This document shows, in pieces, positions 25,374 to 39,381 of a stretch of 64,000 nt of DNA. Numbering within the stretch: position 1 is the first letter of the stretch; every line of letters begins with the position of its first letter. The stretch lies in NCBI GenBank assembly GCA_964247055.1, contig OZ176052.1, forward strand, positions 8,308,001 to 8,372,000, in the 5' to 3' direction. This DNA comes from Paragordius varius (taxonomy: Eukaryota > Animalia > Nematomorpha). The translations under genes were made by a program, and so were the position numbers. The notes under the pieces were generated by a model. The model searched no databases, was not told where the DNA came from, and was given only the letters and a program-made list of their open reading frames with translations.

Positions 25374-28300
25374 CTAAGAGGGTGATGTTTCCATTATTGA
25401 CGGTAAATTTTGTAATTTTTGTGTCAAAAATGATATGCGTGCTGATCTGCGTTGAGATCTTAACAATTCCTTAGAAACGGGGGTAAATTTATTGTTTTGT
25501 TCTGCAAACGATTCCAACAATAGAGAAGTGTATTCCATATTTTCAGCTAAAACTTCTTGATTTTTTTTCTGGATAAAATAAAGTAATACAAATTATATGA
25601 ACCATTGTTAAATTCCTGAAATAATATTATAAACTAAAATGAAACTGAAACACCAAAAAAAACTGAAAATAATGTTTGAAAATTAAACTGAATTCGTATG
25701 TGATTCTAACTGAATTAGTTGTGTAAGGTAGGTGCTAACAAGCAGAAAATTTATTTGCGATTACTTTTGACGAAGCGTCATATATATAAACCATTTATTA
25801 TTCCAATTCACCATAAACAATTCAAATTCACCCTATAATTAAATTATGTGTTTTCGGACTAATATAACTCAGCATTAATATTAAATATATCTTTATGTCA
25901 ATTATTTTCAGTATTATTTTTTCATTTTTATAAATAGCAAAAAATATAGGTATTTTTAGATCTTAAAAAAATTATTTTAGGGTAAATTTGAGGTGTAAAT
26001 GGTATATAACTTAGTATTTATTTAATTTAAATATAATTTTCACCTTATCAATAACAATTATAGTTGATTTTCAATTTAGTTTTAATTCAATTTTCGTTAA
26101 CAACTGGCAACTATAAATTGTTAATATAAAAACATTAACAGTTCCGTATATTACCATATTATCCAATTTTTATTTTAAAGGATTTAAATTAACACATATT
26201 AGACTAGGTTTTTTAGATTGATCATTTAAGTCACACCCCTAAGCTTTAAAAATTACATATTAAAATATCTTTAAAGACAAAAATACGCATTTTAAGGAAT
26301 AGCTAAATAAAATTCAATATGGTTTTGGGTAGGAGGGAGGCAAAAGACTAGTTTAATAAATGCTAAAAATATAATAATGCTAAACTTTCAATAAAATACA
26401 TGTGTATCAAATAATTTTATAAATATCATATTGATCAATGACACTTTAACCTACGCGTAAAAACATTCATAAATATATAAACTAAAATAATAAATTATTT
26501 ATGTATAAAATTGGCGCTTTATAATAAATTTTATGGGTTGTAAAATGTAAGATAATTTATGTATAAACCTGTATAGTTTAACCATAATTGTTAAATCCCT
26601 GTTAAATATCTAGTAGAGTTATAAATGCGTTTTACAAAATAAAAATTAATTATATATTAATACATAAATGAATTAACTGAAATTTGTAAGTTAGTGTAAA
26701 TATACGTTTCCTGAATGGACATCTAATTTTATAGCATTTTAAACAAACAAGAACTTAAATTTTAATACTTAATTCAAAAAAGCTTTCTTATCTGGGCTTA
26801 CAGTTGAAACGGTTCATTTGATTTGGATTAGTTACCGCAAGATATATATTTTATAATTTTTGTTAATAATGATGACTACCAACCATAAATGGCTGCATTC
26901 ATAAGCGGTGTCAGACCGGCTATTATTTTTTGACCGTAAGCTAATCATACATGGAACTTCAATTTTCCCTCATATGTATTATTTTTGAACAATTTGAAAA
27001 ACATTAACATAAATTAATACAGATTTTAGAAATTAAAAAATTTTCAGAAAACACAAAACACTTTCATAAAAGACATATTTCTATATAAAAATAACTTCCC
27101 TGGAATATTTTATGAAATATTTTTAATCAATTGGTCAAATTTATGAATCATACGTTTATATACCTCAGAGATACATAAGCCCAAATTCGAGAAATTAAGT
27201 ATTAAATGGATTGTTAGTACATTATAAAACAAAACCTAAAATGGCTATAAATATTTCATAAATTTACATTGATGCGACTTGCAGATTTAGGCGTAATTTG
27301 TGGTTCCCTTAATTGGTATCGATTTTGGGTATTGGGTGTTGTTGAGAGAGGAGAAAACACTTTACTTAATTCATCAATATTTTCTTCACGAATATCAGGT
27401 AAGGGTGATCGGTATCTAATTAATGTAAACAATTAAAATATTTAAAAAAAGCAATATTTAGGGTTATTAATATTAACAAAAATCTGTGATCAGGAGATGA
27501 TTTCTATTCAAAAATGATATTTTATATGCAAAATTAATGGTAAATGTATTTCTGTCCAGCTTAAGCAAGCATAGAGAGAGATGTTATGTTTGTATGATAG
27601 ACTAAATCAGTGGTACTCAAACCGCAGCCAACGGGCCGCATGCGATCGTAAAAGTGCTTTTTTATGGCTCTGAAGTTATAATTATTTGGATTATAATTTG
27701 CTAATATATATAAAACATCTATGAAGAAATATATATCGGTATTAAAATTTTTTGGTGAATACGACTGGTCTAAACTATTTGCTTTTCAATATAATATTCG
27801 CCAAATAAAAAGTAAAATTGTTTCTGCTTTGCCGACAAAATAATTTTTTGATTTATTAGCCAAAGGTTATTTTTCTGAGAATGTAACTTTCTAAATCAGG
27901 CGCATGCGGCCCTCAGAGACTTTGTATGGGGCACGCGAAAAAATTGGAAATTCAGAATTTGCAGAATTATGCTTACAAAATCTTGTCAAAATTGATATAT
28001 CTGAAGAAATTCTAAAAAAGTCTATTCAATTGGCAAGAACCACAAAAAATTACTATATTGCGTTAGTATTTTGCAGTTTAAAATTAAATAAATTATTTAT
28101 GAATGCCCATATATATTTCAAATGCGGCCCGCGAAGATATTTGTATTGAACACACCTGAATGATTCATCCCTAAATAACAAAAAATAATTATCAAATATG
28201 GAGAATTTTTGCGGTTACTTTTATAGACAAAAACATATAGCGTCAAGAAAAAAATAATTATTTTAAACTGATCAATTGACACATATAAACAGAACTAGAA

Positions 28301-31300
28301 ATTTAATAACATCATCTACTTTTCGATTTCGTAAGTGATTTATAAACTAAAAAACGAAACGAAAATACTTATTAAAATGTGTATCCTTATCATCGACGGC
28401 ATGAGTAGCATTGTTTGATTCATTTGGGGTGATTGGAGACGCACTGTTAGATTTTCTCCTTCTTAAACTGTTTCGTTTATTCGATTTTTTATCGCTCGTA
28501 GATTGTGGATAAGGGGAACTGTTAAATCCTTCAAGGTTCTTTTGATTAGAATTGACAATCAACGATGAATCCTATTTAAATATGAAAATTTAGTGTTTGC
28601 TACTTATATGACAAAGTTGTTTCGTAAATGGTTAAATAAGTAATATTTGAGATATTTCAATATTGAATTAAAATATTGAATATATAGTATCACCGTTACT
28701 AAAATTAATTAAAAGATAATGTCTAACACAAAAGAGAGAAATATATATTTGAAATATAAATTTCGTAAATTACTAATTTTATATTAATATATAAACCTCA
28801 AGTATTGAGTCATTAAGAGCTATCTTTGGTGTACGATGAAGACGTTGACTTTTACGCGTATATGGTGATTTGCTAAATGGTCTATTTTCTGCAAAATTGA
28901 AAACAAACATTTATTCAACTTTAAAGATTAATGAAATAAGATCATATATATAAAAATATATAAATACCATGTGATAAAAATATGGTAGGTGAGTTTGCTG
29001 ATTTAATGGGACTTGGTATCCATGAAGGGAAAGCTTGTTCACTTTGATTATCACTATTGTATTTGATAATAATAGAATTTTTTTAATATTTATGCATATA
29101 CTTTAACAAATTTTTATAACCAATTAGTTTATGTCTATCTGAATATTTCAACAAAAATTATCTTTAAATACGAGGTAAAAAATGGCGGACACAACATAAT
29201 TAGTACAAAAAGACTTTTATGAAAACTTTAAATTACAAAAAGTGAAATTCAATAAATTCAAAAATTACTACACAACTAGCTTTTTTATAAATGAAATATT
29301 ATCATTGTAAAACAAGGAAATGAGATGATATTGAATAAATCAAGCATAGTTCATATATTACTTGGAGTGAGCCCTTGAAAACAGTATCAAATTTTCCATT
29401 TCAATAGGATTTACATTTTCCTTATTATCACTTTGAATTTCATCCATTTTACAGGTGTCAGGATTTAACTTATTGACGTCTATATAGTCTCGTTTCTCAT
29501 CTAAAACATCAGATAGGGGTGGGGAAGTTTTAATATTATTCGTCTTTTTCCATTCGGCAAAATTTAATCGTTTCTTTACAACGGGTTCCTTAACATTACC
29601 TATATCGGTTTTTGGTAAAGCAGAAGGGTCATCAGTTGAAACATTATTCAAGGTGCGTTTATTGACATTGCTTGGCTGTTTTGGAGTTTTCTAAATTGTT
29701 TTTTAAAACAATTATATTTATTGGAATTATTTAAATTCAGCGATAATTCCAAAAATAAAATAATGTTAGAGCGTAAATTTAATTATTCCTCATTACCTTT
29801 GTAATTGTAGGATCTCGTACACTTTTTTGAGGAGTTTGAATCAGTTTGATTTGCTCTAAAAAAGGGATAAATTTAAAAATCTGAAAACATTCCGTTTTTT
29901 ATCCAAAAACAATACTTTTTCATCCAAAGATAACATTAATTTTTACAAAACACTTTTTTTAACAAAATGCGCTACTATTTACAGCACATATAATTCTGGT
30001 GCTGTATTACAGTACCCACTAATTGGCAATACAGTAGCGTATGATATAAAGAAAATTTTGTCCATAATTACTTAGATCAATCTAATGTTGTAAGATGGGG
30101 AATATTGTTTAATTTCACACATTTGTAGTTTTTTATCCATGCGCTACTGTATTGCCTATCGGCCAAAAATACAGTATGAGTAAATATACATTGCTAAAAA
30201 GTTATTAATTAGTAAATAGTAAATATAACAAAGGGCAATATTATTGGCTAATAATAGCAAAAAGTGAAAAAAATAACTATAAGCCAATAATACTGCCCTT
30301 TGTTGTATTTACTATTTGGCAATAATTAATAACAATACATACTTACTCGTACTGTAATGTGAAGTGGCCACCAATATATTGTACTGTATAATTTGATTGA
30401 AAAAAGTTTTGAATGATAAATGTTGTTGATTTAAAAACAATGCATTGCTTCCGAAAAAAAATGTTGATTAAAATGGTAAGAAATTTATGGAATGGAAAAA
30501 TATTGTAGATTTAATGGATATATATTGTTGTGTTTCCAAATACAAAAATGGTTCATTTAAATTAAAAATATGGTATTGTATGGTAGAGTTGCCCTTTAAA
30601 AAACCATATATTTTTTCTTATAAATATTGTGGGATATTTTAACACATTTACTTTTTTTACTTTTGAAAATATCCTACCTGCAAATAAAATATTTTTTGAA
30701 CTAACCCACAAAAAGTTATACCATATTTTTTAATGCACAGTTGAACAGTATCATTTGAAACTGGAAGCCACCCATTATTTTTCTGTAAAATTAATAGTTC
30801 GTTTTCCTTGCATATCTCATTTACCTGAAAAAATTATGTTTATAATAAATAATTTTTTTAAATAGAAATAACTAAAAATACGATTCTATTATCCCTAATA
30901 TTTAACCCATAAAGCTTTTGAAAAATGAAATTAAATGTTTGACCCTATCATATTAAATGGTGAGAAACAATAAATTAAAATTCTTGATATTATGTACAAA
31001 ATAAAACATTTTAATAAATTTTATTTAAAAATTAATATAATATTGGATAAATATATATAATTGAGTTTAATTAATAATATAAAATAGCATTACTTGGGGT
31101 AAAATCATTTCCCAAAATCCTACTAAATCTAACGCTTTTGGTATTTTGGTTTCATCAATATTTTGCATGTTTTTGCTATTTTTACTTTTGTTCTGGCTAT
31201 CATTATGAATGATAGATTTCCGTTTTCTTACATCATTTTGTTGTTGTTTCGTAGAATCGTCCAAATGATCATAAGCAGATATAGCCAAACTTCCAAATTG

Positions 31301-33359
31301 TTTAAAACGGCCATTCTTAAACAAGTTGAGTTTCCCAACGTGAGTCCGTATTAGATCTAACAGATATGACGTTTCGTATAAACTAAAAAGGGAATATTGC
31401 CTTAAAATAAATGCTTCAAATCCTGTAAAAAAATACGTTAAACACACATTGTTGAAAACCTAACGAAAATCATATCACGGTCAATTTAAGGGGAGTAACT
31501 TGTAAAAAGACAAAAATATAAGAAATTGTGTTAAATTGTTTAAACCATCATCGCCATTTACTATATTGGGAAGAGTAAATGGTTTATATGTTCCATTTTG
31601 TGGTTTAGTCGCTAGACTTAGATACTGATTATAAAAACATAGTTTTTATTGTTTTTTTTCTTACTAGGGCATAATTTATTAATCTTAACTAAAACTCTTT
31701 TGTTAATTTTAAAATATTATGATGCAATATCAGCAAAATTAATAATAAATTTATTTATGAATTTTCGTTGCCTCTAACTTCTTCGGATCAACACAAAATT
31801 AAAAATTAGATAGAAATTTAAAATTATGAAATATTTTATAAAAATAAAGATGGTTATCTATAAAAATTCCGTTATTAGGTTGACATGATTGATTTCCTTC
31901 GATTAATGTTTGAAAGGACAAGGCAAAACTTTAATATAATTCATATTAATTAACAATTATAATGTAAAAATCTCTTAGCTTCCGTATATAAAACCTAAGT
32001 AAACATACGATTCTATGGAAAAATGTTTGGTAAAAATTGGTTGATAAAATATTTAAAAGTACATTTAATCTTTTCAAAACAGAATTAAAAACAATTTTAA
32101 CGAAAGAATAAACCTTAATTTCTAATCATTCCTAAATGCAGTTTATTAAATCACATGAGATATTAAATAATATAAAAAGTTAGCTTGCTCAATTCTCTTA
32201 TGTGCTTGCAAAGTAAAACCTTATTAATATATCAAATATTTTGCAACTTGCTTGGCAAAAGTATAGTTCTTAATAATATTTACTCTTTACCAGGTAAATA
32301 ACATCAATTGTTTCGCAATCAAAAACTAGACAAGGCATCTTTTTTCAAAATATGATGACACATAATATGATTATTAATAAAATTTAGAAATGTAATTTAG
32401 ATAAAATATTTCAAATTATTTTAACCAACCAAAATCATAAATTATACCTTCAATTTCATGGTTAAAATTGTTTTCAGATTGTGATTTAATATAATTCCTC
32501 CATTCTGTGGAACATATCTCAAAACACGAAAGATAATGTTCATAAATTCGCATAAACCATGTTATTTGTTCTACAAGAGAACCTGCTTTAGGGTAAGGGG
32601 TGTTAAAATCTATGATATAAAAAAAATTATTATATTATAATTAAAAAATAAAAAGCTTATGAAAATATATTTGAATGTATTAAAACCTTTAATGCTAGAT
32701 GGATCAAATACATTATTGGTTAATTTTGGATTTGGTGCTATGGTAGTCTCATGTTTGTATTGTTTTAATGTTATGGAATTATTTTTATCTAACTTGTGTC
32801 TAATTAGGCTTTCATCTTTATGGAGTTTTTCTAACATATATATTTATATTACCTTTAAATGAAATGCGAGCAGGAGTTTTTCTCAGATTGTATGATATAT
32901 CTAAAACATCATTAAGTAAATACTTTGGTCATTTAATAAAGAAATAATTTCATTATTACGTTTTTTCCTAGCTTGTGGTGTTTTCGATAGCCGCCCTTGC
33001 TTGATTTCATGAGATAACGCTAAATCGGGTTTAGGTTCTATTATATATTTAACAATACTTATGCGACGTTTTAACCCAGAGTCCACTTTTGCCTTGACAT
33101 GTGCATATGGATCTTTTGCTAAATTTACAATAAAATATACTTTTGTATTTTTTCTAAAATTTAAATATAAAATTACCGTATTCCTGGTTTCGTTAACATT
33201 TAAAAACACATTATCAGTCACATGGTAAAATTTAAATATTGGTTTTTTCTTACAAACATTTTCCTTTAAAAGTCGTTTTTTACGTTTGTAATCTTCTAAT
33301 TTTCGGTAAAACGATAATCTTGATTTTTTATTTTTTTGAGATTTGGACGGGGAAAACAT
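25374..33359 (-). CDS. DLGAP5: Disks large-associated protein 5 / HURP / Mars (GKAP-domain mitotic spindle protein)
   Basis: N-terminal RKLEDYKRKKRLLKE..KKKPIFK resembles the HURP N-terminal basic motif. GKAP domain: TWFMRIYEH..EW..HEIE|DLIRTHVGKLNLFKNGRFKQFGSL..PKALDLVGFWEMILPQ|VNEICKENELL..NNGW, compared with HURP LIRTAVGQ.RLL..KFKQF..DL.GFWDM. Many S/T-P-x-K sites. Stop TAG at 25374-25376. Some 3' exon junctions (26800-27000, 30600-30720) are unresolved. Confidence 0.85.
25785..26007. mobile_element. Second copy of the 20-bp-subrepeat foldback MITE (DLGAP5 intron)
   Basis: CCATTTA..AACAATTCAAATTCACCCT ... GGGTAAATTTGAGGTGTAAATGGTATA, same family as 3915-4252. Confidence 0.65.
27608..28158 (+). 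mobile_element. hAT-derived MITE in a DLGAP5 intron
   Basis: CAGTGGTACTCAAACC start; GGCCGCATGCG subterminal motifs; ends GAACACACCTG; same 5' end as the 39497-41521 element. No clear TSD. Confidence 0.65.
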
Positions 33360-33790
33360 TCAAAATTTTAAAGTTGGTTGCAAAACCGCAACAGTTGTTT
33401 TAGCGAGATAAACAAAATTTATTAGTATATTCTTCATATTTTTTATTTGGCATAATGCATTTTTTTGAAGATATACACAACGTCTACATAAAAATATCCT
33501 GATAAAAAATATATTTTGATAGAAAAATTTACCAGGATTATCATGGTTTTTTGGTTTTGGCACTTAGGAGTGATTTTAGAAAATTATTTGCCCTTTTAAG
33601 GTAGGTGCTCTATATAATTTTAAAATTTGCACACCTTTGGTTATATGATATTCTTAAATGGATGCTATTTTTTTTAATTCAAAAGAATCACAAAAATATT
33701 TTATCAATTACCTACTAAAAGCAAACAATATTTTTTAAAATTAAATTTTTTCTGTGGGCTCTGAAAGTCCCAATATTTTTGCTCTTTTAA

Positions 33791-34372
33791 CACTTGGATA
33801 CAACACATTCATTTTAGTCCTTCGATTCAAATTGGGGTAGTTGGATACCCCAGGCCTGTTTAAAATCAAATACTTCAAAAAGTATGGAAGCAATCGAAAC
33901 CATGGCAAAATTTTGCACTTATATAACATTAATAAACCGAAATATATCAAAAAATTTATTCAAAAATACTTGATATTACTTATTTTGAGCTAAAACTGAA
34001 AGGTAAAAATTTAGTCAACGTGACATGTGTCAAATTGTAAAATTAAAAAATAATACAAAATAAACCGCTTTTTCTATTTCTATCAATTTTAGATGTAATT
34101 TGTATAAAAAATAAGCTTTAGTTTTACCCTAAAAATTAAATTAAGACGATATTTTGCAAAATTTTTGTAAAATAAAAATGGCGTCGAAGTAGTTTGAGAT
34201 GGAACTTTTTTTTCAAAACAAAATTTTATCAAGATATTTTGGCATATTTATATAATATTTATCAGGATAGAAGCATAAATTTAAATTGGGACCGTTTCCT
34301 TCAGTAGTTTTTTAAAAATTTTAATTTAAATTTAGTCTGGGGTATTTAGATACCCCAATTTGAATCGAAGTG
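33791..34372 (+). mobile_element. piggyBac-type MITE, ~580 bp (copy A)
   Basis: TTAA|CACTTGGATAC...GAATCGAAGTG|TTAA; asymmetric subterminal inverted repeat TTCGATTCAAATTGGGGTA..ATACCCCAG. Confidence 0.85.
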
Positions 34373-34889
34373 TTAAAGCTACTTTTCTCAAAATCGAAAA
34401 TGTTATATATGTGAATTTTAATATCAACTAAAATATTTCTAAAAAATGCAACTTTTTTTAAAAAATTAAGTTTTTAGCATTTCGTTGAGGCGCACATAAT
34501 ACTATTTAATGAAAACTGTCTAAAACGCTTAAGATGTAAAAATTTATCTACATGTTTAAATAATGCTGAACTATATCTCGTTTGAATCTAATTTTAAAGG
34601 CTTTTTGATTATTTTTCTGAGTTTTCGTAGAAGAAACAATTTATTTTTAATATATAAAACATTTTTATACCGTTTTCTTCTTGCCACAAAACAATAGGAA
34701 GTTTGTTCAACAAAATTTTTCTAAAAATTAAATTAATAAAGCAAGTATGTGGATATTCATAATATGTTTTGTGATTCCATAATACTGAAAATTATGTTAT
34801 AATTTCGGCATTTTTGCGAAAATAACCCATTACACAGGGAAACAAATCGGGGTCATGAAAAAATATCTCGATGAAATTAGTACATTCTA

Positions 34890-36570
34890 ATAAAAAAATG
34901 CAGGATTTTCATGGTGCTTTTGATTTTGTTACGAGTGATATAATAAAGTAATTTATACTTTTGTAATAAATGCGCCATCTAAAATAAAAATTGACTACTT
35001 TTTTGCAATATATTTTTGATGAAAGCTAAATGCTTCATTCCAAAAAATATATCATAAACTTTTACTAAAAGCAAAAGATTTTCTTATAATATTTTAATTT
35101 TTAAATGTGGACGAAAGTCCCAAACCTTTTTGATCTTTTAAAACGGGCTTGTTATTTTAACACTTGGATACAACACATTCATTTTAGTCCTTCAATTCAA
35201 ATTGGGGTTGTTAAATACCCCAGGCCTGAAAATTAAATTTTTTAAAAAATATGGAAGGAATCAAAACCTTGGCACAACTTTGCACTTATATAACATTAAT
35301 AAACCGAAATATATAAAAATTTTTATTCAAAACTACTTGATATTACTTATTTTGAGCTAAAACTAAAAGGTAGAAATTTAGTCAACGTGACATGTGTCAA
35401 ATTGTAAAATTAAAAAATAATACAAAATAAATCGCTTTTTCTATTTCTATCAATGTTAGATGTAATTTATATAAAAAATAAGCTTTAGTTTTACCCTTAA
35501 AATTAAATGAAGACGATACTTTGCAAAAATTTTGTAAAATAAAAATGGCGTCGAAGTAGTTTGAGATGGAGCTTTTTTTGCAAAACAAAATTTTATCAAG
35601 ATATTTTGGCATATTTATATAATATTTATCAGGATAGAAGCATAAATTTAAATAAGACCGTTTCCTTCAGTAGTTTTTTAAAAATTTTAATTTAAATTTA
35701 GTTTGGGGTATTTAGATACCCCAATTTGAATGGATATGTTAAAATAAAGGCAAAAATGCCGGTCCGCAATAAAATTTTTAAATATTCAAATTTGAATAAA
35801 AAAAAAAGTCTTTAAAATTGCACACATTTTACGAAAATTTAATTCGGAATTTTCGTGAAGCGTAGTTCATCCTTTTTTAAGGCATGATTAAAGCGATATA
35901 AAAACTCTTATTATATTAAAAAACGCTTTTCTAAATAAGTGGATGGGGCTAAACATTTCTATCGCTTTAGTATTTTAATTTTAATGTTCGCTTTGGTGAA
36001 TTTTTATTTAACACAATTTATATTTGACATAAATTTGAAGACAAACGAATTAATCAAATAAAATTCTCAGGTGATAGTAATGTTCAGCATCATCAAATTA
36101 ATTAGAAATAGCGTTTTTTAATATCTAAAAGCGTATATGGTTTTTATGCCTAAAAAAGGATGAAGCGCGCTTCAATAAAATATCGCTTAAATTTTATTTT
36201 CGTAAGTATGGATTTTAAAAAATATTTTTTTATGTCAAAATTTAGCATATATGTAAAAAATTTATCGCGCCATCTCGGCATTTAATGCGTTTGTTTTCAA
36301 AGAACTAGCCCGTTGTAAAAGAGCCAAAAAACTTGGGACTTTCGGAGCCCACATTTAAATATTATAAAAATATTAATTTTTAACTAGTTTATGATATAGG
36401 ATATTTTCTAGAATGAAGCATTGATCAAAAAATTTTATTACAAAATATGTGCTCAAATTTTGCCATTTTCTGATATGGAGCACTTACCAAAGAAGTGTAA
36501 ATAATTTTCTTATATCACTCGTAGGCCCCGAAGCCAAAAGCACCATGGAATTCTGGATACATTTTCCTAT
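34890..36570. mobile_element. Foldback element with ~270 bp inverted arms, interrupted by piggyBac MITE copy B
   Basis: CATGGTGCTTTTG..TACGAGTGATATAA..GAAAGTCCCAA..AACGGGCT (34890-35155) is mirrored at 36300-36570; related fragments at ~33500-33790 and ~36650-36850. Confidence 0.6.
35161..35738 (+). mobile_element. piggyBac-type MITE (copy B)
   Basis: TTAA flanks; near-identical to copy A. Confidence 0.85.
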
Positions 36571-36856
36571 CGGAATATATATATATATATATTTCACATG
36601 ATATTTTTTATACACTGTGTTATAAAAGGGTGAAAAAATTAGACTGTGAGACCACTATAAAAATCTTTTTACATATAGTTTATAATATATTTTATTGATA
36701 TTTGTTGAAGGAAGCATTCAGCTTTCGAAACAAAATGTAGGCAGATTATGGCATTTTCTGATATGGAGGATCTTTGATAAAAGTGTAAATAAATTTTAAT
36801 CACTTCTAAGGAAGCCAAAACACGATAATCATATTTCCAATCAGAATATATATATA

Positions 36857-38141
36857 TACTGTGTCTAAAAAAGAGGGTCATTTAGAATTAACGAAAATTT
36901 TTTTTTCATGAGATAGCTTAGACCAGCGTATTCATATGCCGCAAAAATTTTTATATGTTGACAACCTAGTTTTTGAAATATTGAGAGAAAATTGAAATCG
37001 GGCAAAAAGTGAAAATTAAGGATATTTAAGGATAATTCAAAAAATAATGATAAAATCTGAAATATTATCGTTTATTATCATTTTAGGAGATATTTTCAAT
37101 ATATAAATAGCCTAAAATCATATAGTTAGGGTTTCTATAAAATTTCAGGTCAAAAGATGGCGTTTTTCTTTTATCACACTTAAAAGACAAAAAAAATAAA
37201 GAAACTATATTTAAATAATTTTTTTAATTTACTACCTAAACTCACTATTAAAATCTTAACATTCATATTTTAATCAGTAAAATAAACTTCTAAATCAAAA
37301 TAAAACCAAAAATATTGTTTTTTTATTTTTGCATTTTTTTGTCATCTGGTTTATGAGTATATAAAAATACTGTTTTATTTTGGATTCTTACATGATTAGG
37401 CATTATTAAGTATATAATTCATGCTAAATAGGATTTAAAAGTAGTGGAATATCAACCAACAATCCTTACAGTTTCGTGTAACAAGTCTGTTTTATGACAA
37501 ATTAATATTTGTATTGGGATTTGTACGAATTGTTGGTTGATATTCCACTGATTTTCGATCCTATTTTGCATAAATTATATAATTAATAATTCCCACTCAT
37601 TTAAGAATCCAAAATAAAACAGTATAAATTTTTTATATACTCATAAACCAGATGACAAAAAAATGCAAAAATAAAAAAACAATATTATTGGTTTTATTTT
37701 GATTTAGAAGTTTATACTGAATAAAATATGGATGTTAAGATTTTAATAGTGAGTTTGGTAATAAATAATTAAAAAAAAATATTTTAATATAGTTTCTTTA
37801 ATTTTTTTGTCTTTTAAATGTGATAAAAGAAAAACTCCTTCTTTTGACCTGAAATTTTATAGAAACCCTAACTATATGATTTTAGGCTATTTATATATTG
37901 AAAATATCTCCTAAAATGATTATAAACGATAATATTTGGACAAGATTTTAACATAAATAATAATTTATTATTTTTTGAATTATCCTTAATTTTCACTTTT
38001 TGCCCGATTTCGATTTTCTCTCAATATCTCAAAAACTAGGTAGTCAAGAAATAAAAAATTTTGCGGCAAATGAATACGCTGGTCATAATCTATCTCATGA
38101 AAAAAAATTTTTTCGTTAAAATTTTTTTTGCACACAGTGTA
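36857..38141. mobile_element. ~1.28 kb near-perfect palindromic foldback element in a (TA)n tract
   Basis: Arms of ~600 bp are reverse complements (e.g. AATAGCCTAAAATCATATAGTTAGGGTTTCTATAAAATTTCAGGTCAAAAGA vs TCTTTTGACCTGAAATTTTATAGAAACCCTAACTATATGATTTTAGGCTATT); ends TACTGTGT / CACACAGTGTA. Confidence 0.85.
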
Positions 38142-38839
38142 TATATATGTATATAATATATATATGTATATATATTTTATCAGGATTTTATACCCCCCGA
38201 TTTTGCACGCACTGTTAGTTTTGCGAAAAAATGATTCATATTTTTCATAAATATTTGCTAATTGCTGATTTTTTACATAACTTTGGGAACATATGTAGGA
38301 AAACTAAACTTTTTAAACCAAACTAAAAATCAAATAAAAAACAGTGTGATATGTTTATCCCTTCAATTATTTTTCTTACTAATAATGTGAAATAAAACGA
38401 ACTATTTTTATCTTTGGTTCCAATGCCAATTCCAATGGTTTATACCGGTTCCACAGTCTTAGGATGGTTCTAATATTGTTTTCATTTTAAAAGATAGGTT
38501 CAAGAATAAAACGTTTGCGGTTCGGCCTTTTTTAAATGGAAAAACAATTGTTTTTGACTAAATGATTCCTAAAATTATTTTTAGAATAATTTTTGGTACA
38601 GGTTCAAAAAAGAGGGACGCGTTTTCAAATTGGTTTAAAATAAATTCCGGCGTAAATAGGTTAGGTTTCAATCCTGTTGTGATATTAAGACTCCAAGTCC
38701 ATAGTTCTATCTATCATTATTATCATAAAGCTGGAGCCCAAGTCTATGAATTATATTGACGAAGCCTTTCACACATCACTTTGTAATTGCAGTTTATGTT
38801 TAATCTCAATTCGTCAGTTTTATTATTCCTTTTATTTAA

Positions 38840-39381
38840 TACTTCGATTTAAATTGGGGTATCTAAATACCCCAGACTAAGAGTTGATTTTTTAAAAAAT
38901 ACTAAAACAATCGGCCACAATTTAAATTTATGCTTCTATCCTAATAAAAATTATAAAAATAACCTGAAATATATAATAAAAATTTAGTTTTGAAAAAAAG
39001 TTCCATATCAAACTATTTCGAAGCCTTTTTTGCAAAATATTGTGTTTATTTAATTTTAAAGCTAAAATTAAAGCTAAATTTTTATTTAAACTAACATTGA
39101 TAGAAACAAGAAAGTTGTGTTTTTTGTATTATTTTAATATTTAGCTAATGTACACATGTCATGTTGACTAAATTTTTACCTTTGGGTTTTGCCTGAATAT
39201 ATAGAATATCAAGTAATTTTGAATGATTTTTTTATATTTTGGTTCATTAATGTATAAGTGCAAACTTTTGCCATGGTTTTAATTCATTCCTTTATTTTTG
39301 AATTAATTTAATTTTTAAGCGGCCTGGGTATCCAACAACCTTTGAATCGAGGGACTAAAATGAATGTGTTGTATCTAAGTG
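38840..39381 (-). mobile_element. piggyBac-type MITE (copy C)
   Basis: Reverse-orientation copy with TTAA flanks; more diverged. Confidence 0.8.

Noticed and set aside
28347-28368. 22-nt GT..AG lookalike intron in DLGAP5
   Set aside because: Using this acceptor gives an immediate stop (NL*). The same donor joins in phase to the exon at ~27417 (KYRSPLPDIREE), so the intron is ~950 nt. It could at most be a minor truncating isoform.
31360-31447. N-terminal part of ORF 31067-31447 (GFEAFILRQYSLF..) as coding
   Set aside because: HURP alignment favours the acceptor CTGTTAG|AT, giving HEIE-DLIRTHVGK, so this stretch is probably intronic.
38400-38800. Slightly GC-enriched patch, possibly another transposase remnant on the minus strand
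   Set aside because: Only a vague resemblance (IMIDRTMD) amid many stops; not supportable.
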